A DNA stretch of 64,000 nt from Lysobacterales bacterium (GTDB lineage: Bacteria > Pseudomonadota > Gammaproteobacteria > Xanthomonadales > Xanthomonadaceae). The position numbers were made by a program, and so were the translations under genes. Shown piece by piece: positions 25,373-35,003 of the stretch (its first letter is position 1; every line of letters starts with the position of its first letter). The notes under the pieces are model-generated. The model was not told where the DNA came from. It saw only the letters and a list, made by a program, of their open reading frames with translations, and searched no databases. Where the stretch lies: positions 84,159 to 148,158 of the forward strand of contig JAFLDZ010000005.1 of the NCBI GenBank assembly GCA_017302135.1, given 5' to 3'.

Positions 25373-28300
25373 ATGATCCTGATTCGCCGCTGCATGATGG
25401 TGAGCCTGTTGATGGTGGTCGGCAGTGCCCAGGCAAAAGACGCGGCGCTCATGCTCGACACCTTCGACGATCCCGCGCAATGGCGCGTGATCGCCTCGAC
25501 CCAAGTCAGCGGCACGATTCGCAAGGACGACGGCGCGCTGTGTCTCGATTACGATTTCAACGGCGTCTCCGGCTATGTCGGCATGCAGCGCGATATCGCC
25601 ATCGCGTACCCGGACAACTATCGTTTCGACTTCCAACTGCGCGGCGAATCGCCCGCCAACGACCTCCAGTTCAAACTCATCGACGCCAGCGGCGACAACG
25701 TCTGGTGGGTCAATCGACCGAAATACGCATTCCCGCGCGAGTGGACGCCGGTGCGCTACAAACGCCGGCATATCGGCAAGGCGTGGGGGCCGGGCGCCGA
25801 CCCGGTGTTGCGCGACAGCGCGAAGCTGGAGTTCACGCTCAACAACAGCGTTGGCGGGAAAGGCGCCGTATGTTTCGACGATCTGCGCTTCACTGCGCTG
25901 CCGCCCGATGCCATGGAACCGCGGATCGAATCCGTGTGCGCCACCACGGCTGTGCGCGAGGCCAGCAAGATATTCGATGGCGATGCGTCCACGGTCTGGC
26001 GTGCAGGCTCCGGCGCGCAGCGGCTGACGATCGATCTTGGCGCGTCGACAGAATTCGGCGGGCTGCGTATCGATTGGGCCGAGGACGCCCATCCCGCTGC
26101 GTATACCGTCCTGTCTTCCGACGATGGTCGCGCTTGGCGCACGCTGCGCGAAGTGGTCGGCAGCGACGGCGGACGCGACTGGATCGCGCTGCCCGAATCC
26201 GAAGCGCAGCATGTCGCGATACAGATTCCTGATGCTGGAATGAGGCCTGTGGCTGTCGCCGAAGTGCGCGTCGAGCCCTTGGCGTTCGCGGCGATACCGA
26301 ACGATTTCGTCGCATCGGTGGCGAAAGATCAGCCGCGCGGCAGGTTCCCGCGCGGATTCAGCGGCGAGCAGGCCTACTGGACCATCCTCGGCATCGACGG
26401 CGGCACCGAGCAGGGGCTGATCGGCGAAGACGGCGCGATCGAAGTCGGGAAGGGCGGTTTCAGCATCGAACCGTTCGTGATCGTCGACGGACGATCGCTG
26501 AGCTGGGCCGACGTCGAAAGCGTGCAGTCGCTGCAGGACGGCTATCTGCCGATCCCGAGCGTCGATTGGTCGCATCCCGATGCGCATCTGCGCACGACCG
26601 CTTTCGTCGACAGCGATTCATTGACAAGCCCGTCGTTGCGTTCGCAGATCGTTGCGCGCTACGTACTGCGCAATCCAAGCGCGACCGCACGCGACTACAC
26701 GCTGGCGCTCGCGGTGCAGCCGTTCCAAGTGAATCCGCCCAGCCAGTTTCTCAATACCACCGGCGGCGTCAGTCGCATCGCATCGCTGGCCTTCACCAAC
26801 GATGGCGTCGCCAGCGTGGATGGCCACGTGCGCGTCTTTCCGCAGCGCAGGCCCGACGCCGCGTTCGCGACACCGTTCGATGCAGGCATGGCCGCAGCGC
26901 ATCTTGCGACAGGCGCATTGCCGTCGGCGACTGCGGTGGACGATCCGACCGGACTGGCATCCGGCGCGCTGCTGTATCGCTGGCGGCTCGCGCCGGGAGA
27001 GTCGCGCGAGATCGCGTTGGTGATCCCGGTGTCCGGCATGCCGTTCTGCGAGGGCAGAACCTGCTCGCCTGAACAGCAACAGGCGATCGCTGCCGAACAA
27101 TGGCGCGGCAAACTCGACGGCGTGCGCTTCGTCGTGCCCGCCGAAGGCCAGCCGCTGGTCGACACCCTGCGCACCGCGCTCGCGCATCAGCTGATCTCGC
27201 GCATCGGCCCGCGTCTGCAGCCGGGCACGCGCTCGTACGCGCGCAGTTGGATCCGCGACGGCGCGATGATCGCCGAAGGTCTGCTGCGCATGGGGCGCGA
27301 GGATGCGGTCCGCGAATATCTCGACTGGTATGCGCCGTACCAGTTCGACAACGGCAAGGTGCCGTGCTGCGTCGACGATCGCGGCAGCGACCCGGTGCCG
27401 GAGAACGACAGTCACGGCGAACTGATCTTCGCGATCGCCGATTACGCGCGGCACACCGGCGACGATGCGTTTCTGGCGACGATGTGGCCGCACGTGCGCG
27501 GCGCCTTCGATTACATGGAAACGCTCAGCGCCAGCGAGCGCACCGACGCCAATCGCGCGCTCGACCCCGCGTTCTACGGGATGATGCCGGTGTCGATCAG
27601 TCACGAGGGCTATTCGGCGAAACCGATGCATTCGTACTGGGACAATTTCTGGGCGCTGCGCGGCTACAAGGATGCCGCGTGGATTGCGGCGCGTCTGGGC
27701 AAGCGTGAGGATGCGCTGCGCATGGCGGCGGCGCGCGACCGGTTCCGCGCCGATCTCGGCGCCTCGCTGCGCGCGGCGACTTCGCGACACGGCATCGATT
27801 ATCTGCCGGGCGCCGCCGAGCTTGGCGACTTCGATCCCACCTCGACCACCATCGCGCTCGCGCCCGGCGGCGAACAGGCGGGGCTTGCGGACAGCATCCT
27901 GCCGGAGGATCTGCTGCACAACACCTTCGAGCGCTACTGGCGCGAATTCGAGCAGCGCCGCGACAGCAAGCGCGAATGGAAAGACTACACGCCCTACGAA
28001 TGGCGCAACGTCGGCGCGTTCGTGCGTCTGGGCTGGCGCGAGCGCGCATGGGATGCGGTGAAATTCTTTTTCGACGACCGCGCGCCGCGCGGCTGGAACC
28101 AGTGGGGCGAAGTGGTCTCGCGCACGCCGCGCAAACCGTTTTTCCTCGGCGATCTGCCGCATGCATGGGTCGCGTCGGATTTCATGCGCTCGGCGCTGGA
28201 CATGTTCGCTTACTCCCGCGAAGCCGACGACAGTCTCGTGCTCGCGGCAGGGATTCCCGCGCGCTGGCTCGACGGCGACGGCATTGCGGTCGATGGTTTG

Positions 28301-28528
28301 CGCACGCCGCAGGGTCGACTCGGCTATACGCTGCGGCGCGAGCCGAAACGGCTGGTGCTGCGGTTCGCGGAAGGAACGCGCCTCCCGCCCGGTGGCGCGG
28401 TGCTGCCGTGGCCGCTGGCGGACGCGCAGCCGGGCCGCACGCGGATCGACGGCAGGCCCGCGCAATGGCGCGATGGCGAACTGCGCATCGCAGCGCCAGC
28501 GGTCGAGGTGAGCGTGGAATTGCGCTGA
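25373..28528 (+). CDS. Secreted 1051-aa multidomain protein: N-terminal CBM-like beta-sandwich, F5/8 type C (discoidin) domain, and a large six-hairpin glycosidase-like C-terminal region; function unknown
   Basis: Signal peptide MILIRRCMMVSLLMVVGSAQA-KD. Discoidin-like FDGDASTVWRAGSGAQRLTIDLG...LRIDWAEDAHPAAYTVLSSDDGRAWRTL. C-terminal part with a GH15-like SWIRDGAMIAEGLLRMG...ENDSHGELIFAIADYARHTGD...YWDNFWALRGY. Confidence 0.75.
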   Translation: MILIRRCMMVSLLMVVGSAQAKDAALMLDTFDDPAQWRVIASTQVSGTIRKDDGALCLDYDFNGVSGYVGMQRDIAIAYPDNYRFDFQLRGESPANDLQFKLIDASGDNVWWVNRPKYAFPREWTPVRYKRRHIGKAWGPGADPVLRDSAKLEFTLNNSVGGKGAVCFDDLRFTALPPDAMEPRIESVCATTAVREASKIFDGDASTVWRAGSGAQRLTIDLGASTEFGGLRIDWAEDAHPAAYTVLSSDDGRAWRTLREVVGSDGGRDWIALPESEAQHVAIQIPDAGMRPVAVAEVRVEPLAFAAIPNDFVASVAKDQPRGRFPRGFSGEQAYWTILGIDGGTEQGLIGEDGAIEVGKGGFSIEPFVIVDGRSLSWADVESVQSLQDGYLPIPSVDWSHPDAHLRTTAFVDSDSLTSPSLRSQIVARYVLRNPSATARDYTLALAVQPFQVNPPSQFLNTTGGVSRIASLAFTNDGVASVDGHVRVFPQRRPDAAFATPFDAGMAAAHLATGALPSATAVDDPTGLASGALLYRWRLAPGESREIALVIPVSGMPFCEGRTCSPEQQQAIAAEQWRGKLDGVRFVVPAEGQPLVDTLRTALAHQLISRIGPRLQPGTRSYARSWIRDGAMIAEGLLRMGREDAVREYLDWYAPYQFDNGKVPCCVDDRGSDPVPENDSHGELIFAIADYARHTGDDAFLATMWPHVRGAFDYMETLSASERTDANRALDPAFYGMMPVSISHEGYSAKPMHSYWDNFWALRGYKDAAWIAARLGKREDALRMAAARDRFRADLGASLRAATSRHGIDYLPGAAELGDFDPTSTTIALAPGGEQAGLADSILPEDLLHNTFERYWREFEQRRDSKREWKDYTPYEWRNVGAFVRLGWRERAWDAVKFFFDDRAPRGWNQWGEVVSRTPRKPFFLGDLPHAWVASDFMRSALDMFAYSREADDSLVLAAGIPARWLDGDGIAVDGLRTPQGRLGYTLRREPKRLVLRFAEGTRLPPGGAVLPWPLADAQPGRTRIDGRPAQWRDGELRIAAPAVEVSVELR

Positions 28529-28562
28529 GCGCGGGAGTATCGGTGCAGCACCGAAAAAAAGC

Positions 28563-28603
28563 CCCGACGACCGGGGGATCGATGTCGTCGGGGCGCACCA
28601 GCC
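28563..28603 (-). terminator. Rho-independent terminator of the GH1 gene (possibly bidirectional)
   Basis: Perfect 11-bp stem gccccgacgac/gtcgtcggggc (28570-28580 / 28593-28603), preceded on the plus strand by A7 (28563-28569), which gives a U7 tract after the hairpin on the minus-strand transcript. Confidence 0.8.
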
Positions 28604-28666
28604 CGTGGGCGGGGAGAGAAACCGGGAGTGCAGTAATCGGTAGTGCAGCAATCGATAAGGCAGGAA

Positions 28667-30073
28667 TCAGTAAGGTGACGGCTCGTCCAGTTTGCTGCCG
28701 TGACTGGCGATGACTTCCGAATACCAGAGCGCGCTGTCTTTCGGCGTGCGCTGCTGCGTGCCGTAGTTCACATGGACGATGCCGAAGCGCTTGGAATAAC
28801 CGAGCGACCATTCGAGGTTGTCGAGCAGCGACCACACCATGTAGCCGCGGATGTCCACGCCGGCGGCGATGGCATCGTGGATCGCGCGCAGGTGCTTGTG
28901 CAGGTAGTTGATGCGCAGCGGATCGCAGATGCGGTCGTTCTCCGCCACCGGCGGGTCGAAGAACGCGGCGCCGTTTTCGGTGATGTACACCGGCAGATCG
29001 CCGTAGGTCTGCTTGAACCACAGCAGCAGATCGGTGAGGCCCTGCGGGAAGACTTCCCAGCCGGTTTCGCTGTAGGTGCCCAGCGGCTGGCGCACTGCGC
29101 CGGCCTTCAACGGGTAGCTGTCGTTCGCCTGGGTCACGCTGCGGGTGTAGTAGTTGATGCCGACGAAATCCAGCGGCTGTGCGATCAGCTTGAAGTCTTC
29201 GGGATCGAAGTCCGGCCACGCGTCGCCGAAGATTTCTTTCAGCTCCGGCGGATAGCGGCCGAGCAGGGCGGGATGCAGGTACTGCTCGTTCATGTAGGCG
29301 TGCGCGCGCTGCGTCGCTGCGGCATCCGCAGCGCTGTCGCTGGCGGGATATTTCGGTTCGATGTTCACCACCAGGCCGATCTCGTGTTTGCCCTCGGCGC
29401 GATACGCCTGCACGGCGGCGCCGTGCGCGCGCATCAGGTTGTGCGAGGCGATCGGCGCTTCGTACCTGCTGCGGTGACCGGGAGCGAGTGCGCCGTGCAG
29501 ATAACCGCCATCGGTGATCACCCATGGCTCGTTGAGCGTGACCCACTTCTTCACCCGGCCGTCGAGCGCGCGGTACAGCACGCTGCCGTATTCGGCGAAC
29601 CAGTCAGCGCAGTCGCGGTTGAGCCAGCCGCCCTTGTCGTCCAGCGCTGCGGGCAGATCCCAGTGGTAGAGCGTGAGCAGCGGTTCGATGCCGTTGGCCA
29701 GCAGCTCGTCGACCAGGCGCGAATAGAAATCGAGCCCGGCCTGATTCACCCGGCCGGTGCCATCGGGCAGGATCCGCGACCACGACACGCTGAAGCGGTA
29801 GGCCTGCAGGCCGAGGTCGCGCATCAGCTTCACGTCGTCTTTCCAGCGCCGGTAGTGGTCGCATGCCACGTCGCCGTTGTCGCCGTTGAGCGTCATGCCC
29901 GGGGTATGCGCGAAGCGGGTCCAGATGCTCGGGCCGGCGCCATCGGCCATCGGCGAGCCCTCGATCTGGTGTGCAGCAGTGGCGGCGCCCCAGAGAAAGC
30001 CGGGAGGAAACGGATACGTCTTGTCGGGGCTGTTCGGCACGGCGGGGTTCCTCGGACGCGGCTTCGATGGCAT
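28667..30073 (-). CDS. GH1 beta-glucosidase
   Basis: 468-aa ORF: FLWGAATAAHQIEG, acid/base motif TLNEP, nucleophile motif YITENGAA, WSLLDNLEW. Confidence 0.95.
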   Translation of the reverse strand: MPSKPRPRNPAVPNSPDKTYPFPPGFLWGAATAAHQIEGSPMADGAGPSIWTRFAHTPGMTLNGDNGDVACDHYRRWKDDVKLMRDLGLQAYRFSVSWSRILPDGTGRVNQAGLDFYSRLVDELLANGIEPLLTLYHWDLPAALDDKGGWLNRDCADWFAEYGSVLYRALDGRVKKWVTLNEPWVITDGGYLHGALAPGHRSRYEAPIASHNLMRAHGAAVQAYRAEGKHEIGLVVNIEPKYPASDSAADAAATQRAHAYMNEQYLHPALLGRYPPELKEIFGDAWPDFDPEDFKLIAQPLDFVGINYYTRSVTQANDSYPLKAGAVRQPLGTYSETGWEVFPQGLTDLLLWFKQTYGDLPVYITENGAAFFDPPVAENDRICDPLRINYLHKHLRAIHDAIAAGVDIRGYMVWSLLDNLEWSLGYSKRFGIVHVNYGTQQRTPKDSALWYSEVIASHGSKLDEPSPY

Positions 30074-30088
30074 GATGCGGGAGCGGTA

Positions 30089-30102
30089 TGTAAACGGTTA
30101 CA
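30089..30102. promoter_or_regulatory. LacI-type operator copy 3 (TGTAAACGGTTACA) in the divergent GH1 / ABC-ATPase promoter region
   Basis: 14-bp imperfect palindrome, 16 nt from the GH1 ATG (30073) and 116 nt from the ATPase ATG (30218). Confidence 0.6.
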
Positions 30103-30217
30103 TCAAGACTACATCAAGGTCTTCGCTCTGTAACCCCTCACGCATTCCGACATCGTCGATGTCGCGAAGCGCGGCGAACGACAACACGAACGACACGACC
30201 CCGGACGAGGAAGGAAC

Positions 30218-31315
30218 ATGGCGACAGTGGTGCTCGATCGGCTTCGCAAGGTCTACCCGGACGGGCACGTCGCCGTGGCCGGCGCCAGCTTCGAAGTGGC
30301 CGATGGCGAACTGCTGGTGCTGGTCGGGCCTTCGGGCTGCGGCAAATCCACGCTCCTGCGGATGATCGCGGGGCTGGAGGCGATCAGCGACGGCACCCTC
30401 GCCATCGACGGGCGCACCGTCAATGACGTAGCGCCCAAGGATCGCGACATCGCGATGGTGTTCCAGAGCTACGCGCTGTATCCGCACATGACCGTGGCCG
30501 AGAACCTGGCCTTCGGCCTGAAACTGCGGGGCCATCCGAAGGCCGAGATCGCGCAGCGCATCCAGGCGGCGGCGGACACGCTTGAACTCGGCGCCCTGCT
30601 CGAACGCCGTCCGGCGGCACTGTCCGGTGGCCAGCGCCAGCGGGTCGCGCTGGGCCGCGCGCTGGTGCGGCAGCCGAAGGTGTTCCTGCTCGACGAGCCG
30701 CTGTCGAATCTCGACGCCAAGCTGCGCATGTCGATGCGGACCGAAATCGCGCGCCTGCATCGCAGTCTCGGGACGACCATGGTCTATGTCACCCACGACC
30801 AGATCGAGGCGATGACCCTCGGCCAGCGGATCGTGGTGATGAAGGACGGCGAGATCCAGCAGATCGATACGCCGATGGCGCTGTACCGCCGGCCGGCCAA
30901 TCTGTTCGTGGCCACCTTCCTCGGCAGCCCGGCGATGAACATCCTGCGCGGGCGTCTGGTCGTCGAGGGCGGGACCTTGGGATTGGCGCTGGCCGAAGGT
31001 CTGGTGCTGTCGTTGCCGGGGCTGGAGATCGATCCGCAGTGGCTCGGCCGCGAGGTCGATCTCGGCCTGCGCCCGGAGCACCTGCTGCGCTGTGCGGCCG
31101 ACGACAGCCCGCATTTCGGGGCCGAGCTCGAAGTGATCGAGCCCGTCGGCAGCGAGGCCTTCGCCTATCTGCGCTACGGCCCGCATGCGCTGGTCGCCCG
31201 GTTCGCGCCCGAAGACCTGCCCGAGCCCGGGCAGACCCTGCCGCTGCGCGCGGCGCCGGGGCAGTGGCATGCCTTCGATCCGGCGACCGGTTTGAGGCTG
31301 CCGCCCGCCGGGTGA
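30218..31315 (+). CDS. Sugar ABC transporter ATP-binding protein (MalK/UgpC/MsiK-like)
   Basis: 365-aa ORF with GAGGAAGGA upstream. Walker A GPSGCGKST, signature LSGGQRQRVALGRAL, Walker B FLLDEPLSNLD, and a C-terminal TOBE-like regulatory domain. Confidence 0.95.
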   Translation: MATVVLDRLRKVYPDGHVAVAGASFEVADGELLVLVGPSGCGKSTLLRMIAGLEAISDGTLAIDGRTVNDVAPKDRDIAMVFQSYALYPHMTVAENLAFGLKLRGHPKAEIAQRIQAAADTLELGALLERRPAALSGGQRQRVALGRALVRQPKVFLLDEPLSNLDAKLRMSMRTEIARLHRSLGTTMVYVTHDQIEAMTLGQRIVVMKDGEIQQIDTPMALYRRPANLFVATFLGSPAMNILRGRLVVEGGTLGLALAEGLVLSLPGLEIDPQWLGREVDLGLRPEHLLRCAADDSPHFGAELEVIEPVGSEAFAYLRYGPHALVARFAPEDLPEPGQTLPLRAAPGQWHAFDPATGLRLPPAG

Positions 31316-31478
31316 GTTTCGCGGGCCGCAACGTTCTATATACTGCGGAGACGATGCGGCGGACAGGCCGGATTGTCGCCAGCGGAATCAATCGCTTGGC
31401 GCTGGATTCTCAACTACTTTCCTACCTGCGCCGGCGCCGGTTTTCTCCGGTCGGGCCGGCGGAGCACCCGATCAGCGC

Positions 31479-34400
31479 ATGCGTCTTTCCACGATCAAGC
31501 TATCCGGCTTCAAATCCTTCGTCGATCCGACCACCCTGCACCTGCCGACCAATATGACCGGCGTGGTCGGGCCGAACGGTTGCGGCAAGTCGAACATCAT
31601 CGACGCGATCCGCTGGGTGATGGGCGAAAGCGCCGCCAGCCGCCTGCGCGGCGACTCGCTGACCGATGTGATCTTCTCCGGCAGCTCGGCGCGCAAGCCG
31701 GTGGCCCAGGCCACGGTCGAGCTGGTGTTCGACAACGCCGACCACACCATCGCGGGCGAGTACGCGGCCTTCAACGAAATCTCGGTCAAGCGCCAGGTCA
31801 GCCGCGACGGCCAGAGCAACTACTACCTCAACGGCACCAAGTGCCGCCGCCGCGACATCACCGATCTGTTCCTCGGCACCGGTCTCGGCCCGCGCAGCTA
31901 CTCGATCATCGAGCAGGGCATGATCTCGCAGGTCATCGAGGCCAAGCCCGAGGAACTGCGCGTCTATCTCGAAGAAGCCGCCGGCATCTCCAAATACAAG
32001 GAGCGCCGCAAGGAAACCGAGACCCGCATCCGCCACACCCGCGAGAATCTCGACCGCCTCGGCGACCTGCGCGAAGAAGTCGGCAAACAGCTGCAGCATC
32101 TCGCGCGGCAGGCCAAACAGGCCGAGCAGTACCAGACCATCCAGGCCGAACGCCGGATCAAGGACGCGGAGTGGAAAGCGCTGGAGTTCCGGCTGCTCGA
32201 CCGCCAACTGCAGGCGCTGCGCGAAGGCCTGTCGCAGGAAGAGACCCGGCTGCAGCAGATCATCGCCGAGCAGCGCGAGGCCGAACGCGAGATCGAACTG
32301 GGCCGCGCCCGCCGCGAAGCCGCCGCCGAAGCGCTGAACAAGGCGCAGGCCGAAGGCTACGAAGTCGGCGGCACGCTCGCCCGTATCGAACAGCAGATCG
32401 CCCATCAGCGCGACCTCGGCCAGCGTCTGCAGCGCGCCCGCGACGAAGCCCAGCAGGCGCTGTCGGAAATCGGCTTGCATATCGAAACCGACCAGAGCCG
32501 TCTCGACGCACTGCGCGCGGAAATCGCCGATGCCGAGCCGCGTCTGGACACCCTCAAGGACGCCGATGCCGACCGCCAGCAGGCGCTGCAAGACGCCGAA
32601 TCCAGGCTCGCCGACTGGCAGCAGCGCTGGGATGCGCACAGCCGCGCGCAGAGCGAAGCGGCGCGGGCCGGCGATGTCGAACGCACCAAGGTCGACTACC
32701 TCGATCGCCAGTCGCTGGACGCCGAGCGTCGTCGCGAACAATTGATCGGCGAGCGCGGCGCGCTCGACGTGACTGCGCTGGCCGAGGCGTTCGCCGCTCT
32801 GCAGGATCGCCACGACACCCAGAAATACGGGCTCGACGGGCTCAACGAGGATCTCGAAATCCGCAAGCAGGCCGTCGTCGGTCTGCAGGATCAGGTCCGC
32901 AACGCACAGGCCGAGCTGGCCGACGTCCGCAAGCAGACGCAGGCGTCGCGCGGCCGGCTGTCCTCGCTCGAAGCGCTGCAGCACGCGGCGCTTGGTCAGG
33001 AGCAGGGCGCGGCGGTGGCGTGGCTGAAACAGCGCGGCCTGGACTCCGCAGCCCGCGTCGGCGAAGTGTTGAAAGTCGAATCCGGCTGGGAAAACGCGGT
33101 CGAAGGCGCGCTCGGCCAACTGATCGAAGGTGTGCTGGTCGAATCGCCGGAAACCTTGGTCGATGCGCTTGGCGAACTCGGCGAAGGACGCATCGCGCTG
33201 GTATCGGAAGCAGATGGCGACGCGACTTTCGCGCCGACCTCGCTGGCGGCGAAAGTGCAGGGCCCGCTCGCGATCCGGCGCATGCTCTCGAAACTGCATG
33301 TCGCCGAAACCCTCGGCGATGCGCGCCAACTGCTCGCCGCACTCGGCGACGGCGAATCGGTCATCACCCGCCAGGGCGAACGCATCGGCGCCGGCTGGGT
33401 GCGCGTGGTGCGTTCCGGCGCGGCCAAGCAGGGCGCGCTGCTGCGCGAACGCGAAATCCATTCGCTGCGCGCCGACATCGAAACCCTGCAACAGCGTGAG
33501 GCCGGACTCGACCGCAGCATCGCCAGCTTGCGCGATCAGATGCTCGCCGCCGAGCAGCAGCGCGAAGACGCGCAGCGCACGCTGTATCTGGCCCATCGCA
33601 GCGTCTCCGAACTCGCCGGCCAGTTGCAGAGCCAGCAGGGACGCCTCGATTCGGCGCGCACCCGGATCGAAAAGATCGACGCCGATGTTTCGCAACTGAT
33701 CGAAACCCTCGACAACAGCGCGCAGCAGGCGCGCGAGGCGCGTTCGCGGCTCGAAGACGCGATGTCGCGGATGGGCGAACTCGAAGGCACCCGGCAGACG
33801 CTGGAAGCCGAACGCCGCGCGCTGGCCGAAGCCCGCGACGCCGCGCGTCAGGCCGCGCGCGAATCGCGCGACGCCGCGCACGCGCTGGCGCTGAATCTCG
33901 AATCGCAGCGCGCGCAGATCGTGGCGCTGGCGCAGGCGCTGGATCGTATGGGCGGCCAGCGTGGACAGCTCGACGCCCGCCTTGGTGAACTCGCCTCGCA
34001 GCTGTCGGAAGGCGATGCCCCGGTGGTCTCGCTCGAACGCGAGCGTCAGGCCGCGCTCGAACAGCGCGTGCTCGCCGAAAAGAATCTCGCCGCCGCGCGC
34101 GCCGCGCTGGAGGGCGTGGACAACGAACTGCGCGGTTTCGAACAGACTCGCCACCAGCGCGATGAGCAATCGGTCGGCCAGCGCGAAGCGATCTCGCAGC
34201 GCAAACTCGATCAACAGGCGCTGGCGCTCAAGGCCGGGCAACTGTCGGAAGCGGTGGTCGCGGGCGGTTTCGTGCTCGACGAAGTCGTCGCCGCGCTGGA
34301 CGCCGAAGCCGACCCGCGCGCCTGGGAAAAGGTCGTCACCGATTTCGACGCCAAGCTGCGCCGCCTGGAGCCGGTCAATCTGGCCGCGATCCAGGAACAC

Positions 34401-34982
34401 GCCGAAGCCGCGCAGCGCAAGGAATACCTCGACGCGCAGGATCTCGACCTCACCACCGCGCTGGATACGCTGGAAGAAGCGATCCGCAAGATCGACCGCG
34501 AAACCCGCGGCCGCTTCAAGGACACCTTCGATCGCGTCAACACCGGCGTGCAGGAACTCTATCCGCGCCTGTTCGGCGGCGGTCATGCGTATCTGGAACT
34601 CACCGGCGAAGACCTGCTCGATACCGGCGTGGCGATCATGGCGCGTCCGCCGGGCAAGCGCGTCTCGAACATCTCGCTGCTCTCGGGCGGCGAGAAAGCG
34701 ATGACCGCTGTCGCGCTGGTGTTCGCGATCTTCCAGCTGAATCCCGCGCCGTTCTGTCTGCTGGACGAAGTCGACGCGCCGCTGGACGAAGCCAACGTCG
34801 GCCGCTTCACGGCGATGGTCAAGGAAATGAGCGAACACGTGCAGTTCCTGTTCGTCACCCACAACAAAGCGACCATGGAAGCCGCGCAGCAGCTCAGCGG
34901 CGTGACCATGCGCGAGCCGGGCGTCAGCCGTCTGGTATCGGTCGATCTGGCCGAGGCCGCGCGCCTCGCCGGCGCGGCTTAA
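31479..34982 (+). CDS. smc: Chromosome segregation protein SMC
   Basis: 1167-aa ORF: N-terminal Walker A GPNGCGKSNIIDAIRWVMGE, long coiled-coil arms, hinge, C-terminal LSGGEKAMTAVALVFAIFQLNPAPFCLLDEVDAPLD. Confidence 0.97.
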   Translation: MRLSTIKLSGFKSFVDPTTLHLPTNMTGVVGPNGCGKSNIIDAIRWVMGESAASRLRGDSLTDVIFSGSSARKPVAQATVELVFDNADHTIAGEYAAFNEISVKRQVSRDGQSNYYLNGTKCRRRDITDLFLGTGLGPRSYSIIEQGMISQVIEAKPEELRVYLEEAAGISKYKERRKETETRIRHTRENLDRLGDLREEVGKQLQHLARQAKQAEQYQTIQAERRIKDAEWKALEFRLLDRQLQALREGLSQEETRLQQIIAEQREAEREIELGRARREAAAEALNKAQAEGYEVGGTLARIEQQIAHQRDLGQRLQRARDEAQQALSEIGLHIETDQSRLDALRAEIADAEPRLDTLKDADADRQQALQDAESRLADWQQRWDAHSRAQSEAARAGDVERTKVDYLDRQSLDAERRREQLIGERGALDVTALAEAFAALQDRHDTQKYGLDGLNEDLEIRKQAVVGLQDQVRNAQAELADVRKQTQASRGRLSSLEALQHAALGQEQGAAVAWLKQRGLDSAARVGEVLKVESGWENAVEGALGQLIEGVLVESPETLVDALGELGEGRIALVSEADGDATFAPTSLAAKVQGPLAIRRMLSKLHVAETLGDARQLLAALGDGESVITRQGERIGAGWVRVVRSGAAKQGALLREREIHSLRADIETLQQREAGLDRSIASLRDQMLAAEQQREDAQRTLYLAHRSVSELAGQLQSQQGRLDSARTRIEKIDADVSQLIETLDNSAQQAREARSRLEDAMSRMGELEGTRQTLEAERRALAEARDAARQAARESRDAAHALALNLESQRAQIVALAQALDRMGGQRGQLDARLGELASQLSEGDAPVVSLERERQAALEQRVLAEKNLAAARAALEGVDNELRGFEQTRHQRDEQSVGQREAISQRKLDQQALALKAGQLSEAVVAGGFVLDEVVAALDAEADPRAWEKVVTDFDAKLRRLEPVNLAAIQEHAEAAQRKEYLDAQDLDLTTALDTLEEAIRKIDRETRGRFKDTFDRVNTGVQELYPRLFGGGHAYLELTGEDLLDTGVAIMARPPGKRVSNISLLSGGEKAMTAVALVFAIFQLNPAPFCLLDEVDAPLDEANVGRFTAMVKEMSEHVQFLFVTHNKATMEAAQQLSGVTMREPGVSRLVSVDLAEAARLAGAA

Positions 34983-35003
34983 CTCAAACACGAGGTCAAC
35001 GCG

